Source: Planctomycetota bacterium (GTDB lineage: Bacteria > Planctomycetota > Brocadiia > Brocadiales > Bathyanammoxibiaceae). Taken from it: a stretch of 64,000 bases of DNA. This document shows, one piece after another, positions 26,282-35,307 of the stretch (positions are counted from its first letter, which is position 1; every line of letters begins with the position of its first letter). The stretch spans positions 9,191-73,190 of the forward strand of contig JAHFOV010000001.1 in assembly GCA_023261505.1 (NCBI GenBank). Reading direction: 5' to 3'. A program made the position numbers and the translations under genes. The notes beneath the pieces were generated by a model, which saw only the letters and a program-made list of their open reading frames with translations, was not told where the DNA came from and made no database searches.

Positions 26282-29080
26282 ATGGAAAAGGAAGATTTTT
26301 CAAGCGTTAGAAAGAAGGTATTGGAGGATAGGCAATACAAGTTCTGGGAAATTGAGCCCAAATGGCAGGAGTACTGGAACCGTCAGGGGCTCTTTAAGAT
26401 AAAAGAGAACTCTCCTAAAGAAAAGTTCTACTGCCTGGTGATGTTTCCCTACCCTTCAGGTACTCTCCACGTTGGTCATGCCAGGAACTACATCCTCGGG
26501 GACGTGGTGGTTCGCTACAAGCTCATGAAGGGCTGCAACGTTCTCACCCCAATGGGGTGGGATGCCTTTGGGCTGCCAGCAGAAAATGCCGCCATAAAGG
26601 AAGGTTGTCACCCCGCTGACCTTACCTATAGAAACATTGCTGCCATGAAGCAGCAGCTCCTCCATTGGGGCACGGGCTATGACTGGGATAGAGAGGTAAC
26701 TGCCTGTGATCCCGAGTATTACAAATGGACCCAGTGGATATTCCTCAAATTGTATCAAAAAGGATTGGCCTACAGGAAAAAGGCAGCCGTGAACTGGTGC
26801 CCCTCCTGTTCTACAGTCCTGGCTAACGAACAGGTCGTAGAGGGCCTTTGCGAGCGGTGCGATACCCCTGTCAAGCAAAAGGACTTAGAGCAGTGGTTCT
26901 TTAAGATTACCGATTATGCCCAGAGGCTTCTGGACGACCTGGAACTCCTTGAGGGCTGGCCTGAGCGAGTGAAGGTAATGCAGAAAAACTGGATTGGCAG
27001 GAGTGAGGGGACCAGGATAGATTTCAAAGTGGCAGGGCCACTCCCATCTGTAGGGGCAGGTTTGACACCTGCCCCTACCCTGACATGCTTCACCACCAGG
27101 CCCGATACCCTTTTCGGCGTTACCTTTATGGTCCTGGCCCCAGAGCATCCTGTTATAGAGTTGCTGGTAAAGGACAATCCCAGAAGGGAGGAGATACTCT
27201 CTTTTGTAGAAAAGGCAAGGAACGAGAGCCTTATACAGCGCTCCGCTGCAGGTGCGCCCAAGGAAGGGGTCTTCACAGGTTTTTATGTTATAAACCCCCT
27301 GAACGACGAGAGGGTGCCACTCTGGATAGCCAATTATGCCCTGATGGAATACGGCACAGGGGCAGTGATGGCAGTACCTGCGCACGATCAGAGGGATTTT
27401 GACTTTGCCAGGACATACAAGCTTCCTATAAAGGCTGTAATTCAGCCAGAAGGTTCCGGGTTGAGGCCTGAGACGATGAAGGAGGCTTTTACAGGTGATG
27501 GCCTGATGGCTAACTCCGGGCCATTTAGCGGCCTATCCAATAGAGGTGCTATACCAAAGATTATTAAGTATCTTGAGGAGAAGAAATTGGGCGCCTCCGC
27601 CGTCAACTATCGCTTGAGGGACTGGCTCATATCACGCCAGAGGTACTGGGGGGCTCCTATACCCATAATATACTGTAATTCATGCGGAATAGTTCCGGTG
27701 CCCGAAAAGGACCTGCCTGTGCTCCTGCCCCATATAGAAAGGCTGAAGCTCCCCACCTTGAGTTCCCCAGGAGTGGTGGAGGAATCTATCGACACCGCAA
27801 GTCCAAATTTAATAATACTTAAAGGATTACTGAAGAGTCCTTTGTCGGAGGTGAAGGATTTTTTCCTCACACGCTGCCCAAAGTGTCAGGGAGAGGCGCG
27901 TAGGGCGGTAGAGACTATGGACACCTTCGTAGATTCATCATGGTATTACCTCAGGTACTTGTCTCCCAGAGATTCTTCTAAACCTTTTGATAGTGAGCTT
28001 GTGAACCGCTGGCTTCCCGTGGACCAGTATATTGGCGGCGTGGAGCATGCCATCTTGCACCTCCTTTATTCCAGGTTCATCACCAAGGTGCTTTACGATA
28101 TGGGCTATATAAAATTTCAGGAACCCTTCAAGAATCTCTTCACACAGGGGATGATAATAAAGGACGGCGCCAAGATGTCCAAGTCTAAGGGTAACGTGGT
28201 GAGTCCAGAGGATATTATCAAAAAATACGGGGCGGATACCCTCAGGCTTTACATCCTCTTTATAGGCCCTCCAGAGAAGGACGCAGAGTGGAGCGACAGG
28301 GCTATAGTTGGGAGTTACCGTTTTCTTAACCGCCTGTGGCAGAAGGTTACCGAGGAGGCAGAGAGGCTCAGGAATCTACCCAGTACAAAGATTGAGCCCG
28401 CTCAACTCTCCGAGGAGGCCAGGGACTTGTACAGGGCCTCCCACCTCACCATTAAAAAAGTCTCTGAGGATATAGAGACCTCCTGGCACTTTAATACTGC
28501 CATTGCGGCCGTTATGGAACTCTTTAATAAGGTGGAGAAATTCGAGGTGGAAGACGTAGCCTCCTTGACGCCTAGTCTGCCTGGAGCGGGTACCACCCAA
28601 ATAAAATTCCCCTCCCCTGGTGAGAGGGGGAAGGTTGAAAATCCGCCATCTTTTGGGCGGGGGGAGGGGGATTCACCCCCACCCTGCTCTCCCCCATCAA
28701 GGGGGAAGGAATTTGAGTCCGGTGGTGCTACCACCCTACAGGTCCTCCGCCACTCTCTGGAGTCCATTACATTGCTCCTTGCCCCATTTGTGCCCCACAT
28801 CTGTGAGGAGCTCTGGCAGCTATTGGGCAACAACACAAGCCTCTTTGAAAGACCCTGGCCCAAATATGACCCTGAGGCCATCAAGGTAGAGGAGATGGAG
28901 CTAGTCATACAGGTGAACGGCAAGGTCAGGGGGAGGCTGATTGTCCCCGTAGACCTCCAGGAAGAAGAGATAAAGTCAAGGGCACTGGAGGACGAAAAGG
29001 TAAAGAAGTTCCTGGATGGGAAGCAGGTAGTTAACATCATCCTTGTACCCAGGAAGCTAGTGAATATTGTGGTGAGGTAG
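26282..29080 (+). CDS. leuS: Leucyl-tRNA synthetase
   Basis: The HIGH motif is GTLHVGHARNY and the KMSKS motif is GAKMSKSKGN. The CP1 segment TTRPDTLFGVTFMVLAPEHP is present. The gene carries two in-frame repeat insertions. Confidence 0.97.
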   Translation: MEKEDFSSVRKKVLEDRQYKFWEIEPKWQEYWNRQGLFKIKENSPKEKFYCLVMFPYPSGTLHVGHARNYILGDVVVRYKLMKGCNVLTPMGWDAFGLPAENAAIKEGCHPADLTYRNIAAMKQQLLHWGTGYDWDREVTACDPEYYKWTQWIFLKLYQKGLAYRKKAAVNWCPSCSTVLANEQVVEGLCERCDTPVKQKDLEQWFFKITDYAQRLLDDLELLEGWPERVKVMQKNWIGRSEGTRIDFKVAGPLPSVGAGLTPAPTLTCFTTRPDTLFGVTFMVLAPEHPVIELLVKDNPRREEILSFVEKARNESLIQRSAAGAPKEGVFTGFYVINPLNDERVPLWIANYALMEYGTGAVMAVPAHDQRDFDFARTYKLPIKAVIQPEGSGLRPETMKEAFTGDGLMANSGPFSGLSNRGAIPKIIKYLEEKKLGASAVNYRLRDWLISRQRYWGAPIPIIYCNSCGIVPVPEKDLPVLLPHIERLKLPTLSSPGVVEESIDTASPNLIILKGLLKSPLSEVKDFFLTRCPKCQGEARRAVETMDTFVDSSWYYLRYLSPRDSSKPFDSELVNRWLPVDQYIGGVEHAILHLLYSRFITKVLYDMGYIKFQEPFKNLFTQGMIIKDGAKMSKSKGNVVSPEDIIKKYGADTLRLYILFIGPPEKDAEWSDRAIVGSYRFLNRLWQKVTEEAERLRNLPSTKIEPAQLSEEARDLYRASHLTIKKVSEDIETSWHFNTAIAAVMELFNKVEKFEVEDVASLTPSLPGAGTTQIKFPSPGERGKVENPPSFGRGEGDSPPPCSPPSRGKEFESGGATTLQVLRHSLESITLLLAPFVPHICEELWQLLGNNTSLFERPWPKYDPEAIKVEEMELVIQVNGKVRGRLIVPVDLQEEEIKSRALEDEKVKKFLDGKQVVNIILVPRKLVNIVVR
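27050..27078. repeat. GC hairpin element inside leuS (encodes VGAGLTPAPT)
   Basis: gtaggggcaggtttgacacctgcccctac has the stem GTAGGGGCAGG/CCTGCCCCTAC. Confidence 0.8.
28608..28712. repeat. ~105-bp poly-hairpin G/C-tract element inside leuS
   Basis: Serial hairpins are cccctc..gagggg, ccgcc..ggcgg, ggggg..ccccc and tccccc..ggggga. It is translated as FPSPGERGKVENPPSFGRGEGDSPPPCSPPSRGKE. It is related to 45383-45430 and 45676-45720. Confidence 0.8.
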
Positions 29081-29109
29081 GAGACCAAGAGATTGAGGAG
29101 GTTAGGATT

Positions 29110-29319
29110 ATGACTGCCAAAGAAGCCATTGCAGAGGTATTCTGGACGGCCTTTCGCGCCTTACCAAAGAGAGAGAGGGAGGCGATAGTAGAAAAACTTT
29201 TGGAGGATAGGGAATTCATGGAAGACCTGATTGATATAGCTATCATGGAACAGCGGAAGAAGGAACCTTCACGCCCCTTAGAGGAATACCTTGCAGAAAG
29301 AAGGAAAAAGAGGACTTAA
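29110..29319 (+). CDS. Antitoxin partner of RelE/ParE-family toxin
   Basis: It is 69 aa. Its stop overlaps the toxin start (TAATG). The acidic C-terminal half reads EDLIDIAIMEQRKKEPSRPLEEYL. Confidence 0.65.
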   Translation: MTAKEAIAEVFWTAFRALPKREREAIVEKLLEDREFMEDLIDIAIMEQRKKEPSRPLEEYLAERRKKRT

Positions 29320-29570
29320 TGTCCTATGTCGTTTTTCTGAAAAGGTCTGCAGAAAAAGATTTGAACCGTCTTCCTGCGAAGATACACGATAGAATTGTAG
29401 AGGACCTTATTTCTTTAAAAGAAAGCCCTCACCCCCATGGGGCAAAAAAGCTCCGGGGCAGAGAGGGGTATAGAATAAGGGTTGGTGATTATCGAATCCT
29501 TTACGTTATCCACGAAAAGGAGAAAAAAGTTGAAATATTCTCCGTTGCCCATCGTAAAGAGGTCTATTAG
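29319..29570 (+). CDS. RelE/ParE-family type II toxin
   Basis: It is 83 aa. The pattern LPAKIHDRIVEDLISLKESPHPHGAKKLRGREGYRIRVGDYRILYVI is typical of the family. Confidence 0.85.
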   Translation: MSYVVFLKRSAEKDLNRLPAKIHDRIVEDLISLKESPHPHGAKKLRGREGYRIRVGDYRILYVIHEKEKKVEIFSVAHRKEVY

Positions 29571-29574
29571 GTAA

Positions 29575-29706
29575 GTAGACCTCTAGGAGGAAGAGATTAA
29601 GGCACGTGTACTAGAGGATGAAAAGGTAAAGAAGTTCCTGGATGGGAAGCAGGTAGTTAACATCATCCTGGTACAGAGGAAGCTGGTGAATATTGTGGTG
29701 AGGTAG
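29575..29706. repeat. Second, diverged copy of the leuS 3' end (pseudo-terminus with in-frame TAG)
   Basis: By manual alignment to 28949-29080 I count 13 mismatches in 132 nt. It translates as VDL*EEEIKARVLEDEKVKKFLDGKQVVNIILVQRKLVNIVVR*. Confidence 0.9.
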
Positions 29707-29767
29707 TGTAGGGCCTTTCTGTACTGAATTGGAATCCAATCAAATTTGATAAGGAGTGGGTGAGAGG

Positions 29768-29992
29768 ATGAAATTTAAGCGCATTACTGTAGACCCAAAC
29801 ATCTGCACTGGTAAGCCGTGCATTCGTGGGCTTCGTTTCCCTGTTTCACGATTGCTTGGGCTTCTCGCCTCTGGAGAGACAAGGGAAACTATCATTAAGA
29901 ACTATCCATACCTGGAGGCAGAGGACATTGAGGAAGCTTTACGTTACGCCGCTTACCTTGCTGAAGAAGAGACAGTAGAATTCACGAGATGA
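29768..29992 (+). CDS. DUF433-family antitoxin-like protein
   Basis: MKFKRITVDPNICTGKPCIRGLRFPVSRLL matches the DUF433 pattern. It overlaps the downstream gene by 4 nt. Confidence 0.8.
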   Translation: MKFKRITVDPNICTGKPCIRGLRFPVSRLLGLLASGETRETIIKNYPYLEAEDIEEALRYAAYLAEEETVEFTR

Positions 29993-30351
29993 AGTTTCTC
30001 GTGGATATGCCACTATCACCTTCATTGACCCACTGGCTTGTGCAGCAGGGTCACGATGCCGTTCACGCATCACAAGTAGGTTTAAGCTGTGCCCCGGATG
30101 CGAAAGTATTGGAGTATGCTAGAGACGAACAACGAGTAGTAATTACGGCAGATTTAGACTATCCACGCCTTTTAGCCTTGGCACAAGAGGAAGGGCCTGG
30201 ACTGATTCTTTTTAGAGGTGGCAACTATAGCGAACAGGAGGTTGTAGAGGGCTTTAGGCAGGTGTTTAAAACTGTTAAAAGTGAAGAACTACCTACTTCT
30301 ATCATAGTAATTGAAAAGGAACGTATCCGTCGGAGACATCTCCTAATATGA
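29989..30351 (+). CDS. DUF5615-family PIN-like toxin-like protein
   Basis: MKFLVDMPLSPSLTHWLVQQGHDAVHASQVGL...VVITADLDY is the usual partner pattern of DUF433. Confidence 0.75.
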   Translation: MKFLVDMPLSPSLTHWLVQQGHDAVHASQVGLSCAPDAKVLEYARDEQRVVITADLDYPRLLALAQEEGPGLILFRGGNYSEQEVVEGFRQVFKTVKSEELPTSIIVIEKERIRRRHLLI

Positions 30352-30433
30352 TTAACTTTAAGAGAGTTAGCCACTCATCCCAGAACCTACCAAGAAACGC
30401 CTTAGAGAAGGCAGTCTTGAGGCAGGTGCTCAG

Positions 30434-30459
30434 AAAGCTGGTGAATATTGTGGTGAGGT
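30434..30459. repeat. Third, short copy of the leuS 3' end
   Basis: aagctggtgaatattgtggtgaggta matches the final 26 nt of copy 2 (29680-29705) exactly. Confidence 0.85.
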
Positions 30460-30598
30460 AAGACTTATGGAGTCCATGGACCGTATCAATGGTTATACTA
30501 AGAGCCAGCATAAGCATTGGCTATTGGCGGGGGTGGATGTCGTCCTCACCCTCCCACCAGGTGGGAGACAGGTTTTTATATTTGAGCGGAGGTAGCAG

Positions 30599-31684
30599 GT
30601 GGGCGTAAGAAGTATGTTCACTACGAAAGATGCTGCAAAGCATATTGGTGTAAGTCAATCAACTATATACCGTATGGAGAAAAGGGGGCTAATATCTTCT
30701 ATAAGGACAGCAGGAGGCCAAAGGCGGTTCAGTATAGAGAGCATTAAAAAATATTTAGAAAAAAACCAGAATTTTGAAGTCCCCAAAAATCCCAATAAAT
30801 ACAAGAAACTAACCCACTTAGTAAAAGAACAAGAAGTAAATTATGTCACAGACAATAATAAACAACCATTGACACCCAAAATCCCTTCGTCTGATGAGCT
30901 TTTTTTTCAAGCGGATTCAATCTGGATATACAATGCTGACATTTTGCCAACAGAAAGTATTGAGGAAAATTCCATAGATTTGATTGTAACATCACCTCCT
31001 TATGGTGTAGGTATTAAATATAACTCTCACGATGATACTATGGCCTATCATGATTATTTATCCTTCACAAAAGGGTGGTTGGCTAAATGTTATAAATTTT
31101 TGAAGGACGATGGAAGATTTTGTCTTAATATCCCTCTTGATAAAAATAAGGGTGGACAGCAAAGCGTGTGTGCAGATATTACTACACTAGCGAAGCAAGC
31201 TGGATTTAAATACCACTCCACAATTATATGGAATGAGCAGAATATTTCGCGGAGGACTGCCTGGGGTTCTTGGCTTTCAGCAGCAGCTCCTTATGTCATA
31301 GCGCCAGTTGAGGTTATTGTTGTCCTCTACAAAAGGAGCTGGAAAAAAACAAGCGGAAGCAGAAAATCAGATATAACCAGAAAAGAGTTTATGGAATGGA
31401 CAAATGGGGTTTGGAATTTTATGGGCGAGAGTAAAAAGAGGGTAGGACATCCAGCCCCATTCCCAGTGGAATTGCCAAGACGATGCATAAAACTATTTAG
31501 CTTTGTAGGGGACACAGTACTTGATCCTTTTCTTGGGAGTGGCTCAACCTTACTTGCTTGTCTCCAGACAGGACGAAAAGGTATAGGTGTTGAGATTGAT
31601 AGAAAATATTGCGAACTGGCAAAGAAAAGGCTCTTTACCGAAGGGCATATAAATCAACTCAAGCTTGCTGTTGTAGAAGGGTAA
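30599..31684 (+). CDS. DNA methyltransferase (N4/N6 beta class) fused to N-terminal excisionase/MerR-like HTH
   Basis: GGAGG lies 6 nt upstream of the GTG. The HTH is TTKDAAKHIGVSQSTIYRMEKRGLI. Motif IV (DLIVTSPPY) precedes motif I (VLDPFLGSGST), which is the beta order. Confidence 0.85.
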   Translation: MGVRSMFTTKDAAKHIGVSQSTIYRMEKRGLISSIRTAGGQRRFSIESIKKYLEKNQNFEVPKNPNKYKKLTHLVKEQEVNYVTDNNKQPLTPKIPSSDELFFQADSIWIYNADILPTESIEENSIDLIVTSPPYGVGIKYNSHDDTMAYHDYLSFTKGWLAKCYKFLKDDGRFCLNIPLDKNKGGQQSVCADITTLAKQAGFKYHSTIIWNEQNISRRTAWGSWLSAAAPYVIAPVEVIVVLYKRSWKKTSGSRKSDITRKEFMEWTNGVWNFMGESKKRVGHPAPFPVELPRRCIKLFSFVGDTVLDPFLGSGSTLLACLQTGRKGIGVEIDRKYCELAKKRLFTEGHINQLKLAVVEG

Positions 31685-31685
31685 T

Positions 31686-32294
31686 TTGATGGCAAAAAGT
31701 ATCAGTGATTTAATATTGGAATATTTTCACAAGCATCCGAACGAAGACCTTCAACATGGTCCAGTTGTTGATTGGGTAGAAGAGCAGTACCTTAAGCTAT
31801 ATAAGCAAAAGCCTCGTGACCCTTGGAGAGCGATTAGAAAGCTCCATCAAGAAGGCAAGCTAATTAAAGTAAAAAAGGGGGTGTACCGTTATGAGCCAAG
31901 CTACGTGCACAATGTTGAGTTACTAGATTTTTCGCCTGAAACTAAAGAAGGAATTTTTAAGCGTGACAACTATCAATGCGTTGTTTGTGGGAGAGGGCCA
32001 AAAAATGGAATTGAAATATGTGCGGACCACATCAGACCTAAAGATAAGGGAGGCGATAACTCAATAGATAATGGACAAACCTTATGTATGGAACATAATC
32101 TTTTGAAAAAAAACTACTCACAGACTGAAGCAGGGAAAAGGTATTTTATTAGATTATATGAAAGAGCGACTAGCGTCGGTGATGTGAGAATGGTTAACTT
32201 TTGCAATTGCGTGTTTGAATGCTACGATAGGCATGAAATTAATGGGCATATACTAAGACCAAATAACAAAGACAAAACCTTACGGCGGAAGTAG
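31686..32294 (+). CDS. HNH endonuclease, probable restriction partner of the methyltransferase
   Basis: It starts 1-4 nt after the MTase stop. The HNH core is CVVCGRG...CADHIRPKDKGGDNSIDNGQTLCMEHNLLKK. The N-terminal region is winged-helix-like. Confidence 0.75.
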   Translation: MMAKSISDLILEYFHKHPNEDLQHGPVVDWVEEQYLKLYKQKPRDPWRAIRKLHQEGKLIKVKKGVYRYEPSYVHNVELLDFSPETKEGIFKRDNYQCVVCGRGPKNGIEICADHIRPKDKGGDNSIDNGQTLCMEHNLLKKNYSQTEAGKRYFIRLYERATSVGDVRMVNFCNCVFECYDRHEINGHILRPNNKDKTLRRK

Positions 32295-32298
32295 ACCA

Positions 32299-32541
32299 AT
32301 GTATAAATGCAGAACCTGCGGATATAAAGGAGATGAACTGATTTTCCAATTTGTTGACAATTCTTATTGTGTTGCTTCAAATGCGGAAGAACCAGAGTAT
32401 AAAGGTGATATTCCAAAATGGGTGAAAGATAAAGGGGTTGGAGAGGCAGAAATTGGTGATCCGGTTGGCTGTCCAAAATGTCGGGCTTGGGGTGTTCACA
32501 ATTTTGAAAATATTATTGTTTCAGAACAAAATGTACAATAA
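32299..32541 (+). CDS. 80-aa zinc-ribbon protein, unknown function
   Basis: Two CxxC pairs are present (CRTCG ... CPKCR). It is tightly packed between the HNH stop (+5 nt) and the holA start (-6 nt) and shares the AT-rich composition of the R-M genes. Confidence 0.5.
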   Translation: MYKCRTCGYKGDELIFQFVDNSYCVASNAEEPEYKGDIPKWVKDKGVGEAEIGDPVGCPKCRAWGVHNFENIIVSEQNVQ

Positions 32542-32546
32542 AAAAT

Positions 32547-33572
32547 ATGGACTTCCTGCACTTTAAAAACCGTTTCCAGAGGGAAAAGATTCTGCCCCTG
32601 TACCTCGTCTATGGGGAGGAGGAGTTTTTTGTAAAGGAGGCCCTCTCCCTTATCAAGTCCCGACTTCTCACAGATGACTCCACTGGCCCCGTACCAATTA
32701 GGTACGTGGCTGGCCTGACGGAGATGGACGGCGAGGAAACTTCTCTATCCACAGTACTTGAGGAGGTAAGGACTCCCCCTCTTTTTGGCAAAGGTGTCAG
32801 AAAATTAGTAATAGTTTATAATGCCGAAAGATTATTTAAGGAAGGCCGTGGGGTATGGGAGAACTATTTGGCTTCACCTCCCGAGGACAGTGTCCTGGTG
32901 CTGGTTTGCAAAGAAGTAGATTCAAAGGATAAAACCTATGAGAAGCTGAGGCGGAAGGGTGGGAGTATTAATTGCAGGAGATTGAAAGAAGATGAACTTG
33001 GACTCTGGATACAGGAGAGGGTGAGACATTATGGCAAACAGATAACTCTTGACGCCCTCCACATTTTACAAGAAAATATAGGGAGTAAGCTTTTACTGCT
33101 TGACGGTCAGATAGCAAAGCTTGCCCTCTACCTGGGTAGCCGCAACAGAATAGAGGTTAGCGATGCAGAGGAGCTTGTTGGCTACGACCGCCAGCATAAA
33201 GTCTTTGATTTCACGGGTGCGGTAGCCAGGAGAGACGCCACCCTTGCCCTTAGGATACTGCACCAATTAATGGCATTTATGAAATCCGGGGAGGAGGCCC
33301 AAACAATCATTCCCCCTCTTGCCTGGCAGTTTAGGAGACTCATACGGGCAAAAAGGCTTTTGAGCAGTGGCGAGGGTAGAGAGGCTGTGGCCAGTGAATT
33401 GAGAGTCCCTTACCGCTTTCTGCAAGACCTGGTGAATCAGACACAGCTCTTTTCGAAGGAGGAGTTGGAGAGGGACTATAAATTTTTGTTGGAAACAGAC
33501 ATAAGAAGTAAGACCGATAACGTAGACGCCAGGCTCCTCCTGGAGACCCTGGTTTTTAAATTTTGTAAATAA
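32547..33572 (+). CDS. holA: DNA polymerase III delta subunit
   Basis: It is 341 aa. The N-terminus [25 protein letters not shown] and the overall pattern are typical of HolA. It occupies the conserved position downstream of leuS. Confidence 0.85.
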   Translation: MDFLHFKNRFQREKILPLYLVYGEEEFFVKEALSLIKSRLLTDDSTGPVPIRYVAGLTEMDGEETSLSTVLEEVRTPPLFGKGVRKLVIVYNAERLFKEGRGVWENYLASPPEDSVLVLVCKEVDSKDKTYEKLRRKGGSINCRRLKEDELGLWIQERVRHYGKQITLDALHILQENIGSKLLLLDGQIAKLALYLGSRNRIEVSDAEELVGYDRQHKVFDFTGAVARRDATLALRILHQLMAFMKSGEEAQTIIPPLAWQFRRLIRAKRLLSSGEGREAVASELRVPYRFLQDLVNQTQLFSKEELERDYKFLLETDIRSKTDNVDARLLLETLVFKFCK

Positions 33573-33585
33573 TCGGAGGGTTGAT

Positions 33586-34266
33586 ATGAAATTCTTTATA
33601 GATACAGCGGATGTGAAGGAGATTAAAGAGGCTCACAGCCTTGGCATCCTGGACGGCGTCACCACGAATCCCTCGCTTATATCTAAGACAGGCAGGCCCT
33701 GGCGGGAGTGTGTGGAGGAGATATGCTCCATAGTAGAGGGCCCGGTGAGCGTAGAGGCGGTAAGCCTAAAGGCGGACGAAATTATCAGTGAAGCCCGGGG
33801 ACTCTCCAAGATAGCTGAGAATGTGGTGGTAAAGGTCCCCATTATGAAGGATGGACTTAAGGCTGTGAGGGTGCTCTCTTCTGAGGGTATTAAGATTAAT
33901 ATGACCCTATGTTTTTCCCCGAACCAGGCACTGCTAGCCGCTAAGGCAGGGGCTACCTACGTCAGCCCCTTTGTTGGGAGGCTAGATGATGTGGGACAAT
34001 CTGGGATGGCACTGGTTGAGGAAATTCGCACTATTTATGATAACTACGATTATAAGACTCAAATTATTGTAGCCAGCATCCGTCACCCCATGCACGTCAG
34101 GGATGCCGCCCTGATGGGGGCCGATGTGGCCACTATCCCCTTTGAAGTCTTTGAAAAACTGGTGCAACATCCCTTAACGGATGTTGGCATCAAACGCTTC
34201 CTGGCCGACTGGGAAAAGGTGCCAAAGAAAGAGAAGGCGACGGCTTTTGCTGTAGCAAAATCATAA
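33586..34266 (+). CDS. tal: Short-type transaldolase / fructose-6-phosphate aldolase
   Basis: [25 protein letters not shown] is present, with the Schiff-base Lys context VVVKVPI. It is 226 aa. Confidence 0.92.
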   Translation: MKFFIDTADVKEIKEAHSLGILDGVTTNPSLISKTGRPWRECVEEICSIVEGPVSVEAVSLKADEIISEARGLSKIAENVVVKVPIMKDGLKAVRVLSSEGIKINMTLCFSPNQALLAAKAGATYVSPFVGRLDDVGQSGMALVEEIRTIYDNYDYKTQIIVASIRHPMHVRDAALMGADVATIPFEVFEKLVQHPLTDVGIKRFLADWEKVPKKEKATAFAVAKS

Positions 34267-34308
34267 TTCGCCATGTTTGCCTGAATGGACTATATTGATA
34301 AGTATTAA

Positions 34309-34340
34309 CAGGGCGGCCTATAGGCCGCCCTGTTTCACTT
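34309..34340 (+). terminator. Rho-independent terminator after tal
   Basis: The perfect 10-bp stem cagggcggcc/ggccgccctg has a tata loop and is followed by tttcactttt. Confidence 0.8.
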
Positions 34341-34727
34341 TTAATAAGAGTAAGAGTTATATGTTACTCAAAACTTGCCTTGAGATCGTCTTTTTTAAGT
34401 GCTAATTTATCAGCGTACGCCTTTAAGAAAGTTGTTTTTCAACACCGGGGAATTTGCCTGAGGTTGCCTTTTCTGATGTTTTTGCACTTTCTTTAGCAAG
34501 AAAAATTATCTCATAAAATTATTTTTCTAAACAATAAAGGTTTAATGTTGTGCTTATACCATGTTTATACTTATAATATAATTAAAAAGATACTTTATAT
34601 AAAATTTTCATAGTATAAAGCTCCTTAACTAGGCTAACTTATGTAGGCTAAAGGCGATAAAGACTACATTCTGTACTTATAAGAGTATCTTTACTGGTAT
34701 AACCAGACATGATTTAAAAACTTACTA

Positions 34728-34757
34728 TTGACTTTTACCTAGAAATTTATGTATTTT
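34728..34757 (+). promoter_or_regulatory. Promoter giving a near-leaderless XRE transcript
   Basis: TTGACT (34728-34733), 18 nt, then TATTTT (34752-34757). Only gtagc separates the -10 box from the ATG at 34763, and there is no SD. Confidence 0.4.
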
Positions 34758-34762
34758 GTAGC

Positions 34763-35296
34763 ATGCCAATTCCAATATCAGAGAAGCTAATGCACCTTCG
34801 GGCAGAGAAGGGCTGGAACCGCTCTGAGGCGGCGCGAAGGGCCAACATCCCCATCTCTACCTATCAGGCCTTTGAGAAGTTAAACCGAAAACCTAAGGGA
34901 GAGGCCGCCATGAGGTTATCCAGGATCTTTGGTGTAACGCTGGACTACCTCATGGATGATGAGAGGGGTTATCCTCCGGGTCCTCTTGACCGCGTGTCAA
35001 CTGGACGCCCAAAGGGGGTTGAACCTACCACGGTGGAGTCAGTGGACCTTTCTATGCTCCCTGAAAACTTTAGAAACTACCTTGAGGCCCGTCCTGAGAA
35101 ACTAAAGGGCCTCACAAAAAAAGATTTAGAAGAGCTTTCTACTATAAGGGGTTATGGGGGTGTACCGGTGGATCCGGCCTACTGGATAGACCGGCACGTT
35201 GAAGAAAACGAGGCGCTAGAAAGGTGTAAAAAAATCCTCCTTGGTTCTAACCGCAAACTCTTGCTTGCCGTTTTAGAGGTTCTTTCTAAAGAATAA
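34763..35296 (+). CDS. XRE-family HTH protein with ~100-aa unassigned C-terminal domain
   Basis: The HTH_3-like N-terminus is LMHLRAEKGWNRSEAARRANIPISTYQAFE. It is followed 11 nt later by the ImmA-like gene. Confidence 0.8.
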   Translation: MPIPISEKLMHLRAEKGWNRSEAARRANIPISTYQAFEKLNRKPKGEAAMRLSRIFGVTLDYLMDDERGYPPGPLDRVSTGRPKGVEPTTVESVDLSMLPENFRNYLEARPEKLKGLTKKDLEELSTIRGYGGVPVDPAYWIDRHVEENEALERCKKILLGSNRKLLLAVLEVLSKE

Positions 35297-35307
35297 GGTG
35301 CTAAGTA

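Larger units (their letters stand above)
29081..32546. mobile_element. Composite accessory island between leuS and holA (2 TA pairs + R-M cassette)
   Basis: Two extra copies of the leuS 3' end (29575-29706, 30434-30459) partition the island. The cargo is accessory genes and the R-M part is AT-rich. No recombinase gene is present. Confidence 0.65.
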
